A DNA stretch of 64,000 bases. Origin: Candidatus Helarchaeota archaeon (GTDB taxonomy: Archaea > Asgardarchaeota > Lokiarchaeia > Helarchaeales > RDOG01). The position numbers and the translations under genes were made by a program. The notes under the pieces were generated by a model that worked only from the letters and a program-made list of their open reading frames with translations, did no database searches and had not been told where the DNA came from. Below, piece by piece: positions 28,780-38,857 of the stretch. How positions within the stretch are numbered: position 1 is the first letter of the stretch; every line of letters starts with the position of its first letter. The stretch spans positions 471,536 through 535,535 of the forward strand of contig JAHPZH010000001.1 of assembly GCA_019058315.1 (NCBI GenBank), given 5' to 3'.

Positions 28780-28900
28780 TTAAAAAATTTCCTTAATTTA
28801 TAAAATTGTATTAAATAAAACTTATTTGCTAATTGTTAAATTAAAACTTTTTAACTATTAATTATTATGGCTCATAACTCAAAAAAAATGAGGTTTTTTC

Positions 28901-29836
28901 ATGATAATTGACTTCCACACACACATTTGGACCGAAAAAATGGTTTCTCCAGGATATAAAAAATATCTAAATAATTTTTCGGAAATATCACATGTAGATA
29001 CTAATCAATATAAAGCAGATCCAAATAATCTAATTGAAGATTTGGATGAAGCGGAAATTGATAAGGCTGTTATATTCATTTCAGATTATTCGTTCACGGA
29101 AGCCAAAATGGCAACGTCTATTGAAGACTATATTAATTTTGTAATTAAAAGCTGTGATGAATATAATGATAAATTTATCGGATTAGTGGGTGTAGACCCC
29201 AGACATGGAGAGAAAGCACTAGATTTGATCAAATATGGAATTGAACAAGGTTTGAAAGGTTTAGTCTTAACTCCTACTACTGGGTTTTTTCTAAATGATA
29301 AAATTGTAACTCCTCTTTATGACCTTGCTCAAGAATTAAAAATTCCTATTATAATTCATGATTTTGAACTTGTTCCAATGCCATTTGCTATCAAATATAT
29401 CGACCCTTTTACTCTTGATGATGTATTAATGAAATATCCTGATGTAAAATTTGTTCTAGCACCAATTGGTATGGCAACTGGTCAAACAATAATGATGATA
29501 GCAATACGGCATTTAACTCATGTATATGGAGAAATTTCGGGGTTTACTACACAATTTCTGGTTAATAAAATGCCTGATATGTTTATCGTCCAGCCATTAG
29601 GGATGTCAAAAGCACTCTATGGATCCGAAAATATGCTTTTTGGTAGTAATTGGCCATTTTTTGAAAATGTAGTTCGCCTTAAGGAATGGACCCAGAAAAT
29701 TAGAAACGCAAAACTTCCTTTACTCATGAGACCTCTTGGATTCCCAAGCTTAGAGGACGAAGATAGGGAGAATATTTTAGGATTAAATGCCGCTAAGCTT
29801 TTTGGGGTAAAAATTGAGCGTCGCAAAAAGAAATAA
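28901..29836 (+). CDS. Amidohydrolase_2 family protein (possibly with degenerate metal site)
   Basis: IIDFHTH, FGSNWP (normally D), ILGLNAAKL. Confidence 0.85.
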   Translation: MIIDFHTHIWTEKMVSPGYKKYLNNFSEISHVDTNQYKADPNNLIEDLDEAEIDKAVIFISDYSFTEAKMATSIEDYINFVIKSCDEYNDKFIGLVGVDPRHGEKALDLIKYGIEQGLKGLVLTPTTGFFLNDKIVTPLYDLAQELKIPIIIHDFELVPMPFAIKYIDPFTLDDVLMKYPDVKFVLAPIGMATGQTIMMIAIRHLTHVYGEISGFTTQFLVNKMPDMFIVQPLGMSKALYGSENMLFGSNWPFFENVVRLKEWTQKIRNAKLPLLMRPLGFPSLEDEDRENILGLNAAKLFGVKIERRKKK

Positions 29837-29889
29837 ATTTATATTTAATACTATATCTTTTTATAAGACTTCTTAAGAATGATTATATC

Positions 29890-30663
29890 ATGAAAAATTT
29901 GTACAGCGAACATACAATTATTAAAGAAAGTGATATTTTTATTAAGTCAGACCTCAAACTCGCCATAGATAAGGCGATTGAATCTATTAAAAAAAATCGT
30001 AAGATCTTAGAAAGATATATCAAAAAACATCCCGATTTTAAAAGTTCTTTTAAACCGATTAAGATTAATAAAGATGCTCCTCTAATAATAAGAATGATGG
30101 CTCTAGCTGCAGAAAAATCGGAAGTAGGACCGATGGCTGCAGTTGCTGGTGCATTAGCTGATTTGGGATTGGATGATATGCGTAAAATCGAAGCTAAGGT
30201 TTGTGTTATTGAGAATGGAGGGGAGATAAGTGCTTATTCCAATATCCAAATAGATGTTGGAATTTATGCTGGTGAATCAATTCTATCTGAGAAAATAGGA
30301 TTTAGATTGAATCCAAAGGATTTTCCTATAGGTATTGGAACAAGCTCAGGAACTGTAGGTCATGCATTTAGTTTCGGAGTTGCGGATGCTGCTATAGCAA
30401 TTGCGGATAATGCAACACTTGCTGATGCTGCGGCAACAGCAATAGGAAATGAAGTACGTGGAAAAGATCGGGAAAAATCTATACAAAATGGTCTAGAAGT
30501 TGCAGAGACTATTGAAGGAGTTAGAGGTGCCTTTATAATACTTGGAGATAAAGCTGGTACTGTTGGAAAGCTTCCACAATTTATAAAAATTAAAGGAAAA
30601 AAATGGGAACTCGTAAAGCAAAAATTAGATTTTTTACCAGATTACATAAGAGATTTTTATTAA
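29890..30663 (+). CDS. UPF0280 / ApbE-like protein
   Basis: VGPMAAVAGA, ENGGEI, TSSGTVGHAFSFG.ADA, ADAAATAIGN. Confidence 0.92.
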   Translation: MKNLYSEHTIIKESDIFIKSDLKLAIDKAIESIKKNRKILERYIKKHPDFKSSFKPIKINKDAPLIIRMMALAAEKSEVGPMAAVAGALADLGLDDMRKIEAKVCVIENGGEISAYSNIQIDVGIYAGESILSEKIGFRLNPKDFPIGIGTSSGTVGHAFSFGVADAAIAIADNATLADAAATAIGNEVRGKDREKSIQNGLEVAETIEGVRGAFIILGDKAGTVGKLPQFIKIKGKKWELVKQKLDFLPDYIRDFY

Positions 30664-30716
30664 ACTGTGTTCAAAATCTATTTCTCTGAGGATGTGATTA
30701 TGAGAAAACAAGACCC

Positions 30717-30890
30717 TTATTTTACGAAGTGATCAATTTTTCTTTGTATTGTTGGTTCAAATTTGTCACATTTAATTGGTAATTTAGCTATATACTCCTT
30801 GTTAAGTTCACAATAGGCTAACCTACTAATTTTTCCCCATTTGCACTTACTACACATGTTTTCAATTTTTCTTTTTATCTTTATGGTCAA
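30717..30890 (-). CDS. Unlisted 57-aa Cys4 small protein
   Basis: Manual translation: TTG start after GGAG; MTIKIKRKIENMCSKCKWGKISRLAYCELNKEYIAKLPIKCDKFEPTIQRKIDHFVK. Confidence 0.55.
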   Translation of the reverse strand: MTIKIKRKIENMCSKCKWGKISRLAYCELNKEYIAKLPIKCDKFEPTIQRKIDHFVK

Positions 30891-31147
30891 AAATCGTTCT
30901 CCAAAATATTAGACTAATAGAATTAAGGATTAAAACATATTATAATTTAATTACTTATTGTCGGTGATAATAAGGATAAACAATATAATCTTTGATGAAT
31001 TTATTGATTACTTGGACAAATGACATTTTAAGTTGAAAAAATTTTTTAATTTTAACCTTCTTTTATTATTCTGCTATAATAATTTTTTATTTTAAGTGGA
31101 TTAATAAGAATTTAATATAAAAATAGTTTTATTATTTTTTAAAAAGG

Positions 31148-32332
31148 ATGATTATTATGCCTCAATTTACCTATGGAGATCTTCCGGACAGTCTAATTCC
31201 AAAAAAACTTTGGACTTTAGGTCGCCATGTATGGACTGTATGTAAGGAACTTGGTTATGATTATATTGTGGAAAAATTTGACCTAGCAATAGATAAAGTA
31301 ACATATGATATTTTTAAATTAAGATTGGATAATGCTATTCAAACTGCTAGAGCTGTAATGGAAGGAAAAGTAGAACAAGCTGATAAAACTCCTGCATTTA
31401 GCTTATTTCCTCCTGGAAATATTATCCGATCTGATTTGCAACAAGGAAGTATGAAACTTCTATATGGTGAGAGTTGCGATATTGCAGCAATAAGTGTTAG
31501 AGACGATATAAATGAGGCATTTTTGATTATAAATTGCCATCTAGAAGATGGAATTCCCGTAGATTGGTGGCTATTAGGTCATTCAGACGAAATTTTTGAT
31601 AGAAGACATCGAAAATTAGGCTACAAATTTAGAGATTTACCTAAGCACTCAAAAAAATTATCAGAATTAGGATTTCGATTTCAAGATGTCTTAAAAGATA
31701 TTCGTAATGAACGTACTCCTGAATGGGGGGCATCGCCAATGATTTGTTTAATTAATTGGGTTATGTCATCTTGGAATTTCATATGGGAGATCAGCTCATG
31801 GGAAGTTTATGCTTCACTTTTCGATGGTTTAGCGGCAAAAAGTGTTCATGGTATGCCAGATAATGCTTATGAATACATACCTTCTCTTCCTTTACTGAAT
31901 TCAATGATATATATGGGTCGAAAGAATTTTACCCTTAGGTTTGCGGGACTAATGACTGGACATCTTTTATGTTGGCATGGCATGGAACCAGAAATTTATC
32001 AAATTATAACTGAAGATTGGCCAGAATATACCCAAATCCTTATTGAACGGAATCGGAAAGAGATAGGATGTCCATATCCTATTCAAACTGTTGATTGTAA
32101 ATTGCCAAATTATAAGAACTCAAAAGTATTTGAAAGCAATGAAACTTTGGACTGGAAATATCCGAAAGGTGAGTGGATTAAATTAGAACACCTTGGAATG
32201 AGTTATGAAGAGCAATTCAATTTTGTTTTTATGGATATAACACATGATATTGAGCCAGGACAAACCCCTGAATTTGTACAAGAACGTATAATTTCTACTG
32301 GTATTGGAAAAGATGCAATATTAAGAAAATGA
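31148..32332 (+). CDS. Hypothetical soluble protein
   Basis: Long ORF with normal codon usage; no recognised motif. Confidence 0.8.
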   Translation: MIIMPQFTYGDLPDSLIPKKLWTLGRHVWTVCKELGYDYIVEKFDLAIDKVTYDIFKLRLDNAIQTARAVMEGKVEQADKTPAFSLFPPGNIIRSDLQQGSMKLLYGESCDIAAISVRDDINEAFLIINCHLEDGIPVDWWLLGHSDEIFDRRHRKLGYKFRDLPKHSKKLSELGFRFQDVLKDIRNERTPEWGASPMICLINWVMSSWNFIWEISSWEVYASLFDGLAAKSVHGMPDNAYEYIPSLPLLNSMIYMGRKNFTLRFAGLMTGHLLCWHGMEPEIYQIITEDWPEYTQILIERNRKEIGCPYPIQTVDCKLPNYKNSKVFESNETLDWKYPKGEWIKLEHLGMSYEEQFNFVFMDITHDIEPGQTPEFVQERIISTGIGKDAILRK

Positions 32333-32337
32333 AATAC

Positions 32338-32721
32338 TTAATCTTCATTTTTACTTTCATGAATTCTTTCTTCTAGGTTTGGACAAATTAAGGCAATAAA
32401 ACCAGCTCCAGTTCCCCACAAAGTTGCTAAATAAAACCCACCACCAGTTATTGTACCAACTATTGCTGCAAATAATATAATACATCCTCCAATTCTATAT
32501 TTAAACGAATAAACAAAAACTCCACCGATCACCATGAGAATAGCAAAAATTATACTTAACATTCCCGCTATTAAACCAACTTGAGAAAAAAGTGGAGCAA
32601 GATCTTTTGCGAATTTTTCTCCAAAGCCTATAAATAAAATTCCTGCTAAAAATAAGAATATACTACTAATGATAGCGAGCATTCCGGAAGCACTTGCTGT
32701 TGCTAATTTTTCTCTCTCCAT
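32338..32721 (-). CDS. Small membrane protein (DUF4064-like), paralog 1
   Basis: Three to four TM helices; near-duplicate of the next ORF. Confidence 0.8.
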   Translation of the reverse strand: MEREKLATASASGMLAIISSIFLFLAGILFIGFGEKFAKDLAPLFSQVGLIAGMLSIIFAILMVIGGVFVYSFKYRIGGCIILFAAIVGTITGGGFYLATLWGTGAGFIALICPNLEERIHESKNED

Positions 32722-32816
32722 AAACCTAACTTGCTTAAAACAAATTTAAATTATTATTTTATAGCTGATTCATAATTTACAATTATAAATTGTCTAAAAA
32801 AAGAATATATTTGAAA

Positions 32817-33200
32817 TTATGATTTTCCTTGTTGGATTTTTGCTTCTAAATTAGGACAAATTAATGCAATAAATCCTGCACCACTTCCCCAAAGAGTTGC
32901 AACATAGAAACCACCACCAGCAACAATGCCCACAATTGATGCAATTAAAATAAGTATTCCTCCAATTCTATACTGAAATGTATAAACTAGATAACCGCCA
33001 ATTATACACATAACTGCAAAAATAAAACTTAAAATGCCCGCAGTTATACTTTGGTTACCTTGCGCAAAAAGGGGAGCAAGGTCTTTTGTAAACGTTTCTC
33101 CAAAGCCTATAAATAAAATACCTGCTATAACATACCAAAGCGCGCTAATTATTCCTAACATACCAGCAGCACTTGCTGTTGCTAATTTTTCTCTTTCCAT
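32817..33200 (-). CDS. Small membrane protein (DUF4064-like), paralog 2
   Basis: Same length and the same MEREKLATASA...GGGFY.ATLWG.GAGFIALICPNLE motif. Confidence 0.8.
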   Translation of the reverse strand: MEREKLATASAAGMLGIISALWYVIAGILFIGFGETFTKDLAPLFAQGNQSITAGILSFIFAVMCIIGGYLVYTFQYRIGGILILIASIVGIVAGGGFYVATLWGSGAGFIALICPNLEAKIQQGKS

Positions 33201-33322
33201 AAGAAATCCTTCTCAAATTTTATTAAAAATTTTTAGGATTAAAAAAAAAAATACAATTAATATTTTTAAATGAAAAAAACGTCTTTTTTTATGTTTCGAT
33301 TCTAAATAATTAGGAAGTTTGA

Positions 33323-34357
33323 TTGGGTATGAACGATTTTTGGTTCGCTATGTATCATACTTATTCAATTAAAAAAAGTTTTGATAAACGAGCTCTAAAA
33401 ATTTTTGAGAAAGATGTAAAATTTGCCCAAGAATTAGGAATTGAAGGATTAGTCCTTGAGGATTATTACAATGATTGGATTTGGGGCGAATACACAAATT
33501 TTTGGAATGAAAAAACCTTCCGAGAAATGGTTAAAATTGTTCATGATTATGGATTAAAGTTTATTCCTTATTTAGATGTAACTGAATTGGGAGTACATGG
33601 GAAAGTTTATAAACAAAATGGAAGAAAATGGGGAGCAAAAAACCGTTGGGGCAAAAATTATTCAGCATTCTCATCAATCTTTCTTGCTGATTACTATCCT
33701 GTGGATTGGCGAACTAAGTTAATGTGTCCCTCCCCCTCTTCTGGATGGTTTAATTATCTTACGAATCAAGCTCATGTATTATTAACTCAATACGAAGTCG
33801 ACGGGATATATCTAGACCGAATGGATTATCGTACAACTTGCTATGATCATTCTAAAGATCAGGCACACTTCATTCAAGGAATACCCGCTTTAGTAAAAAG
33901 TATAAGGGATGAAGTTAAGAATGCTAGTTTAAAAAATTTATTAATAATTAATGATTCATGTGTAGATCCAGATCCCCCGTTGATAAAATGTATGAAATTA
34001 GCAGATTTTGTTCTCACGGAATTATTACCCATAGACACTGATACAACCGATTTTAATTGGAGATTTTTAATGGAATATGGTGATATAATCTGGACGTTTC
34101 ATAGATTTATAAAACCTGTAATTAAACTATCAACGAATCTATCTTTTCTATCTGGTGCGATGTTAGATACTAATCGTCTACAAAGAATAATTAACAGATT
34201 AAAAATCCATGTTGGAAAAAAAATCATTGTATTTTCTCACAGAAAGGATTATGAAGGGTTTAAAGCTATTAAAAAAATTGTTGAAAAGAATAAATTAAAG
34301 CAAGGTTTTTTTCCGGGTAGAAAAAATTTACATACGATTAAAAAATTTTTCAAATAA
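33323..34357 (+). CDS. Glycoside-hydrolase-like TIM-barrel protein (DUF6259/GHL-like)
   Basis: FREMVKIVHDYGLKFIPY, MCP, YEVDGIYLD, CYDHS..H. Confidence 0.65.
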   Translation: MGMNDFWFAMYHTYSIKKSFDKRALKIFEKDVKFAQELGIEGLVLEDYYNDWIWGEYTNFWNEKTFREMVKIVHDYGLKFIPYLDVTELGVHGKVYKQNGRKWGAKNRWGKNYSAFSSIFLADYYPVDWRTKLMCPSPSSGWFNYLTNQAHVLLTQYEVDGIYLDRMDYRTTCYDHSKDQAHFIQGIPALVKSIRDEVKNASLKNLLIINDSCVDPDPPLIKCMKLADFVLTELLPIDTDTTDFNWRFLMEYGDIIWTFHRFIKPVIKLSTNLSFLSGAMLDTNRLQRIINRLKIHVGKKIIVFSHRKDYEGFKAIKKIVEKNKLKQGFFPGRKNLHTIKKFFK

Positions 34358-34420
34358 AAAAATATAAATTATTTTAATATTTTGTTCCTCTTAATAATAT
34401 AAAAAACGGCAGTTACAACC

Positions 34421-35272
34421 ATGGATATACTCGAATTACTTTTTTCAAACTTAGAAATCAACATTGCGCCTCCAGATATTGTTTTTGCAATGTTGTTAAC
34501 TATCATTGCTGGCCTATCAACTGGAATAGGGAGTGTTATTGCATATGCTATTAAAAAGCCTAAACTGAGTTATTTATCGGTCCTATTGGCATTATCCGCT
34601 GGAGTCATGCTCTATATATCATTTGTAGAGCTTTTAGTAACTGCAATTTATGATGTAGGGTTTGCTTGTGCTAATTGCTTTTTTTTCGTTGGGATAGGAA
34701 TTATCTTGTTAATTGATCTTATAGTTCCTCATGCATATGAACAAGAAACGGACTGTGATTTATCTCAACTAATTGATAGTGAAGGTAAAGAATGTACAAT
34801 CTGCCCAGAAGATAGAAATTGCTTAATGAGGACTGGATTATTTGTTGCTTTAGGCATTGCAATTCATAATTTTCCAGAAGGATTAGTAACATTTAGTAGT
34901 GCACTATCAGGTAATATTTCTTTATCAATAACGGTCGCATTTGCAATCGCTATTCATAATATTCCAGAAGGAATTTCAGTTTCAATCCCAATTTTTTATG
35001 CAACGGGAAGTAAGAAAAAAGGAATGTTATATTCTCTAATATCTGGATTATCCGAGCCAGTAGGTGCATTAATAGGCTTATTAATCATATTACCATTTTT
35101 AAATGTATTATTATTATCTAGTGTTCTAGCAGCTGTTGCTGGAATAATGGTTTATATTAGCCTGGACGAATTACTTCCAAATGCCCAAAAATTTGGCAAA
35201 GAACATTTGGTTCTTGGTGGTATTTTAGCAGGTATGGGCATTATGGTTATTAGTTTAATTTTCTTACCTTAA
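34421..35272 (+). CDS. zupT: ZIP-family metal transporter ZupT
   Basis: SAGVMLYISFVEL, IAIHNFPEG, IHNIPEG, ISLDELLP. Confidence 0.95.
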   Translation: MDILELLFSNLEINIAPPDIVFAMLLTIIAGLSTGIGSVIAYAIKKPKLSYLSVLLALSAGVMLYISFVELLVTAIYDVGFACANCFFFVGIGIILLIDLIVPHAYEQETDCDLSQLIDSEGKECTICPEDRNCLMRTGLFVALGIAIHNFPEGLVTFSSALSGNISLSITVAFAIAIHNIPEGISVSIPIFYATGSKKKGMLYSLISGLSEPVGALIGLLIILPFLNVLLLSSVLAAVAGIMVYISLDELLPNAQKFGKEHLVLGGILAGMGIMVISLIFLP

Positions 35273-35374
35273 TCAGTTAATTTTTTTATTAGAATTGAAA
35301 AAAGAATTTCATTTTATTTTAAAATTTGGCTTTTTTAATAAACCTAAAAGTCTTAGACATACCTTAATATATCC

Positions 35375-35390
35375 CTTAGGTATACCTAAG
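35375..35390. promoter_or_regulatory. Perfect palindrome CTTAGGTATACCTAAG, probable DtxR-family operator of the feo operon
   Basis: 16-bp palindrome 31 bp upstream of feoA; TTAGG/CCTAA half-sites are typical of DtxR boxes; two DtxR genes are in the locus. Confidence 0.7.
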
Positions 35391-35421
35391 TTTTAGTAAG
35401 TTTTCTAATCTTCAATTAAAC

Positions 35422-35673
35422 ATGAGAGTTTTTGTTATGAAAGAGATTTCCTTGAGTCTAGTAAAACCAGGTGACAAAGGAAAAATTTCCAAAATTGGTG
35501 GAAACCGTCGATATCGTAAAAGATTATTGGATTTAGGATTAACAAGGGGTGTTTTGATTGAAGTGATCAGAAATGCGCCTCTAGGTGATCCTATAGAAAT
35601 AAATGTACGAGAATATAAATTAAGTTTGCGCAGAGCTGAAGCAAAGGATATTTTTATTATCCTTGATGAATGA
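35422..35673 (+). CDS. feoA: Ferrous iron transport protein A
   Basis: RLLDLGL..G...IRNAPLGDPIEINVR.Y.LSLRR.EA. Confidence 0.95.
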   Translation: MRVFVMKEISLSLVKPGDKGKISKIGGNRRYRKRLLDLGLTRGVLIEVIRNAPLGDPIEINVREYKLSLRRAEAKDIFIILDE

Positions 35674-35721
35674 AAAATCCCCCAAACTTAATTTAATTTT
35701 AAAATTGATTGTTAATTTATT

Positions 35722-36441
35722 TTGAGAGTAAAAAATATGACTATTACAGTTGCCTTAATTGGTAATCCTAATGTAGGAAAGACAGTAATATTTAATAATT
35801 TAACAGGAGCAAAACAACATGTTGGGAATTGGCCTGGAGTTACTGTCGAAAAAAAAGTAGGAAAATGTATTTATAATGGAATTGAAATGAATATAGTCGA
35901 CTTGCCCGGAACTTATTCTTTAACAGCAAGATCTATTGATGAAGTTGTTGCTAGAGACTTCATTATGAACGAGCAACCTGATGTTGTGGTAGATATAGTT
36001 GATGCTACAAACTTAGAGCGGAATTTATATTTAACGCTCCTTCTTCTTGAAGTTAATGCGAATTTAGTTATCGCTTTAAATATGTGGGATGTTATTGAAG
36101 CAAGTGGAGCTAAAATAGATGTTCAACAACTTTCTGAGCGTCTTGGAGTTCCAATAGTTCCTACCGCTGGAACTTTAAATAGAGGAATGAAAGAACTTAA
36201 AGAAGAAATTATAAAAACTTCTAAGAAAAAGGCGATTTCAACTCAAAAAATAATTAAGTATAGGCCTGAACTTGAAGATAAAATTTCAAAAATCATAAAA
36301 ATCTTAGAACCACACCAACTTCCAAATTGTAATTATCCTCTGCGCTGGGTAGCTATTAAAGTTCTAGAGGGGGATATGGTTGTTTTAAACAACCTTAAAC
36401 TTGCTAAAAAGTATAATGACGTTATGGAGATTATAAAATGA
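35722..36441 (+). CDS. feoB: FeoB N-terminal GTPase domain (split gene, part 1)
   Basis: GNPNVGKT, VGNWPGVTVEKK, DLPGTYSL, NMWD. Confidence 0.92.
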   Translation: MRVKNMTITVALIGNPNVGKTVIFNNLTGAKQHVGNWPGVTVEKKVGKCIYNGIEMNIVDLPGTYSLTARSIDEVVARDFIMNEQPDVVVDIVDATNLERNLYLTLLLLEVNANLVIALNMWDVIEASGAKIDVQQLSERLGVPIVPTAGTLNRGMKELKEEIIKTSKKKAISTQKIIKYRPELEDKISKIIKILEPHQLPNCNYPLRWVAIKVLEGDMVVLNNLKLAKKYNDVMEIIK

Positions 36442-37907
36442 GCGAAGAAGTCGATTATGAATTAGAACTTACTGAAAATCGATATGAAATAATCGATAAA
36501 GTACTTAAAGGGGTATATACAAAACCAGGGGAAAAGGTAACTTGGACTGAGCTTCTAGATCATGTGCTTCTTAATAAATATTTAGCGATTCCGATCTTTA
36601 TCGCGATATTATGGGCTATGTTTCAGTTTACTTTCGAAGTAGCAGCTCCCCTAATGGAGCTTGTTAAGATAGGATTCACCACACTAGTAAATGTAATCAA
36701 ATCACCTTTCGAAATCAATGTTCCGCCAGATTGGCTTCCTGATCTCGTAAAACTTTTAGGAATCGGTTCCTTCCTTAACCGCCCCGATGGTGATGCTATA
36801 TTCTTTCTATGGAAAGAATTAGCAACTAGTCCTTCAGAAATCTGGGGTTCTTTTCTAGGTGATGGAATTATCGGTGGAGTTGGGTTAATCCTCACATTCG
36901 TTCCAAATATATTTTTGTTATTTCTGTTCCTTTCTTTTCTAGAAGATAGCGGTTATCTTAGTCGTGCTGCATTTATTTTAGATAGAGCAATGGTGAAACT
37001 TGGCTTGCACGGAAAATCCGTTATTCCCATGTTAGTTGGTTTCGGTTGCAATGTTCCCGCAATTATGGCAGCCAGAACTATTGATGATGAGGTCGATAGA
37101 AGAATTACAATTCTAACTAACCCATTTATTTCTTGTGGAGCAAGATTGCCCATTTACATTTTAATAGGTGGTTTCTTTTTTAGTGCTGCAGCAAGTTCGA
37201 TTGTATTTGTTCTTTATATTTTAGGTATGATGATTGCTATAATAATGGGTTTTATTTTGAGAAAAACAATAATGAAATCAAAACCATCAGCATTTATATT
37301 AGAATTTCCGCCATATAGGTCACCAACAATCAAGAGCGCAAGTTTACATATGTGGGAAAGAGGTAGGGAATATATAATAAAAGTATTTACCATAATCTTT
37401 ATAGGTTCTATTTTTATATGGATGATAACCTATTTACCTTGGAAAAACCAACCATATAACTCAATAGGGGCTTTATTTGGAAAATTATTAACCCCAATTT
37501 TTGAACCATTGGGGTTTATAACCAGCCCTATATCCTGGATATTAATAGTTGCATTGATTTTTGGTTTTGTCGCAAAAGAAATGGTAGTTGGTGTAATCGG
37601 TATTATTATGGCTGCAATTGTCACTTCATTTGGTCTAATTGCAGAAGTAGCAGGATTCCAAAGTTTAGTAGGTATTAATCTAGGAGATATTTTTAGTTAT
37701 AACCTATTGTTTACATCAAACATAACAGTATTTTCATACCTAGTATTTACCCTCTTATATATACCCTGCCTTGCCACTGTTGCGGTAATAAAAAAAGAGT
37801 TGAATAGTTGGAAATGGACTTTATTTTCAATATTCTATTCATTTGGTGTTGCCTATATAGCGAGTTTCTTAATTTCTGGTATAGCACATTTATTGGGAAT
37901 TATTTAA
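36438..37907 (+). CDS. feoB: FeoB membrane domain (split gene, part 2)
   Basis: LEDSGYLSR, GFGCNVPAIM, SCGARLP, AKE.VV, LYIPCLAT; ATGA overlap and GGAG SD. Confidence 0.92.
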   Translation: MSEEVDYELELTENRYEIIDKVLKGVYTKPGEKVTWTELLDHVLLNKYLAIPIFIAILWAMFQFTFEVAAPLMELVKIGFTTLVNVIKSPFEINVPPDWLPDLVKLLGIGSFLNRPDGDAIFFLWKELATSPSEIWGSFLGDGIIGGVGLILTFVPNIFLLFLFLSFLEDSGYLSRAAFILDRAMVKLGLHGKSVIPMLVGFGCNVPAIMAARTIDDEVDRRITILTNPFISCGARLPIYILIGGFFFSAAASSIVFVLYILGMMIAIIMGFILRKTIMKSKPSAFILEFPPYRSPTIKSASLHMWERGREYIIKVFTIIFIGSIFIWMITYLPWKNQPYNSIGALFGKLLTPIFEPLGFITSPISWILIVALIFGFVAKEMVVGVIGIIMAAIVTSFGLIAEVAGFQSLVGINLGDIFSYNLLFTSNITVFSYLVFTLLYIPCLATVAVIKKELNSWKWTLFSIFYSFGVAYIASFLISGIAHLLGII

Positions 37908-37919
37908 GGTGAATTAACT

Positions 37920-38552
37920 TTGAATAAATTTGAAAAAAAGACCATAACTTATAAAGATTCGACAAAAGAAAAGATGGCGATATATAGCCTTACAATTGGA
38001 TTAATTGGTATTATTTTGGGTTTAATTATTATTGTCTTAGGTGTAATGGATTTTCTAGGATATAATTTTATACCTATTTGGGTTAAATATCTACGAAATT
38101 CGAATTATGCCACTATATTGGCTGTGTTCTTAGTACCCGAATTGGAAAATTCCTTTTTTCTACCCTTACAAATTCTTGCTGAAATAAACCCCTATAATAC
38201 AGCTTTTAAATTCGTATGGGAAACTCCAATTTATATATTTGATATTCTTAAACCTGATATATTTTTAGGGATTATTTTTATAATTATTGGAGTGATATTC
38301 TTATCTGGGGTAAATGATTTATTTGGAAAAAAAGATATTGGTGTATCACATCTAGTTGTAGGTTCTATGCTTTCTCTTGGATTTGGAATTATCTATTTTC
38401 TAATATTCCTTGCTCATGGAGCGATGTTTTTACTTGGAAATGATGACTATCTCTCTTGGAAAGCACTATATGACTTTAGCCCCGCAATTTGGTTGGCATT
38501 TTTATCAATCCCTGGAGGTTTAATCGCCTGGAATATTAAAGATATTAAATAA
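37920..38552 (+). CDS. Membrane protein in the feo operon
   Basis: About four TM segments; operonic position. Confidence 0.75.
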   Translation: MNKFEKKTITYKDSTKEKMAIYSLTIGLIGIILGLIIIVLGVMDFLGYNFIPIWVKYLRNSNYATILAVFLVPELENSFFLPLQILAEINPYNTAFKFVWETPIYIFDILKPDIFLGIIFIIIGVIFLSGVNDLFGKKDIGVSHLVVGSMLSLGFGIIYFLIFLAHGAMFLLGNDDYLSWKALYDFSPAIWLAFLSIPGGLIAWNIKDIK

Positions 38553-38573
38553 TTATTTGGATAAGGTATAGAT

Positions 38574-38852
38574 TTGTTTCGAAAAATTTTGAATTATTTA
38601 AAAGATAAAAAGGTGATAAGTTTGAGGGAAATTGCTAAGGTCTTAAATAAAGATATCTCGATTATATCAGATGCTGTCAATTTATTAACTATTAAGGGAT
38701 ATTTGATTAATTTGAATTGTTGTGAAATCAATCCCAATCATAAGAATAAATGCTTATTATGTTCTCAAAAATCTGTATGTCATTCCAATTTTGAAAATCA
38801 ATATGAAATCACCCCTAAAGGACTCCAATACTCCAAAGGAGGAGTTGAATAA
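38574..38852 (+). CDS. FeoC-like winged-helix protein with Cys cluster
   Basis: wHTH pattern plus CC-x9-CxxC-x5-C in the wing. Confidence 0.7.
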   Translation: MFRKILNYLKDKKVISLREIAKVLNKDISIISDAVNLLTIKGYLINLNCCEINPNHKNKCLLCSQKSVCHSNFENQYEITPKGLQYSKGGVE

Positions 38853-38857
38853 GAAAA

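Noticed and set aside
36438-36441. Sec read-through of the feoB N-terminal TGA
   Set aside because: The downstream half is in a different frame (ATGA overlap) and the position is not a Cys site.
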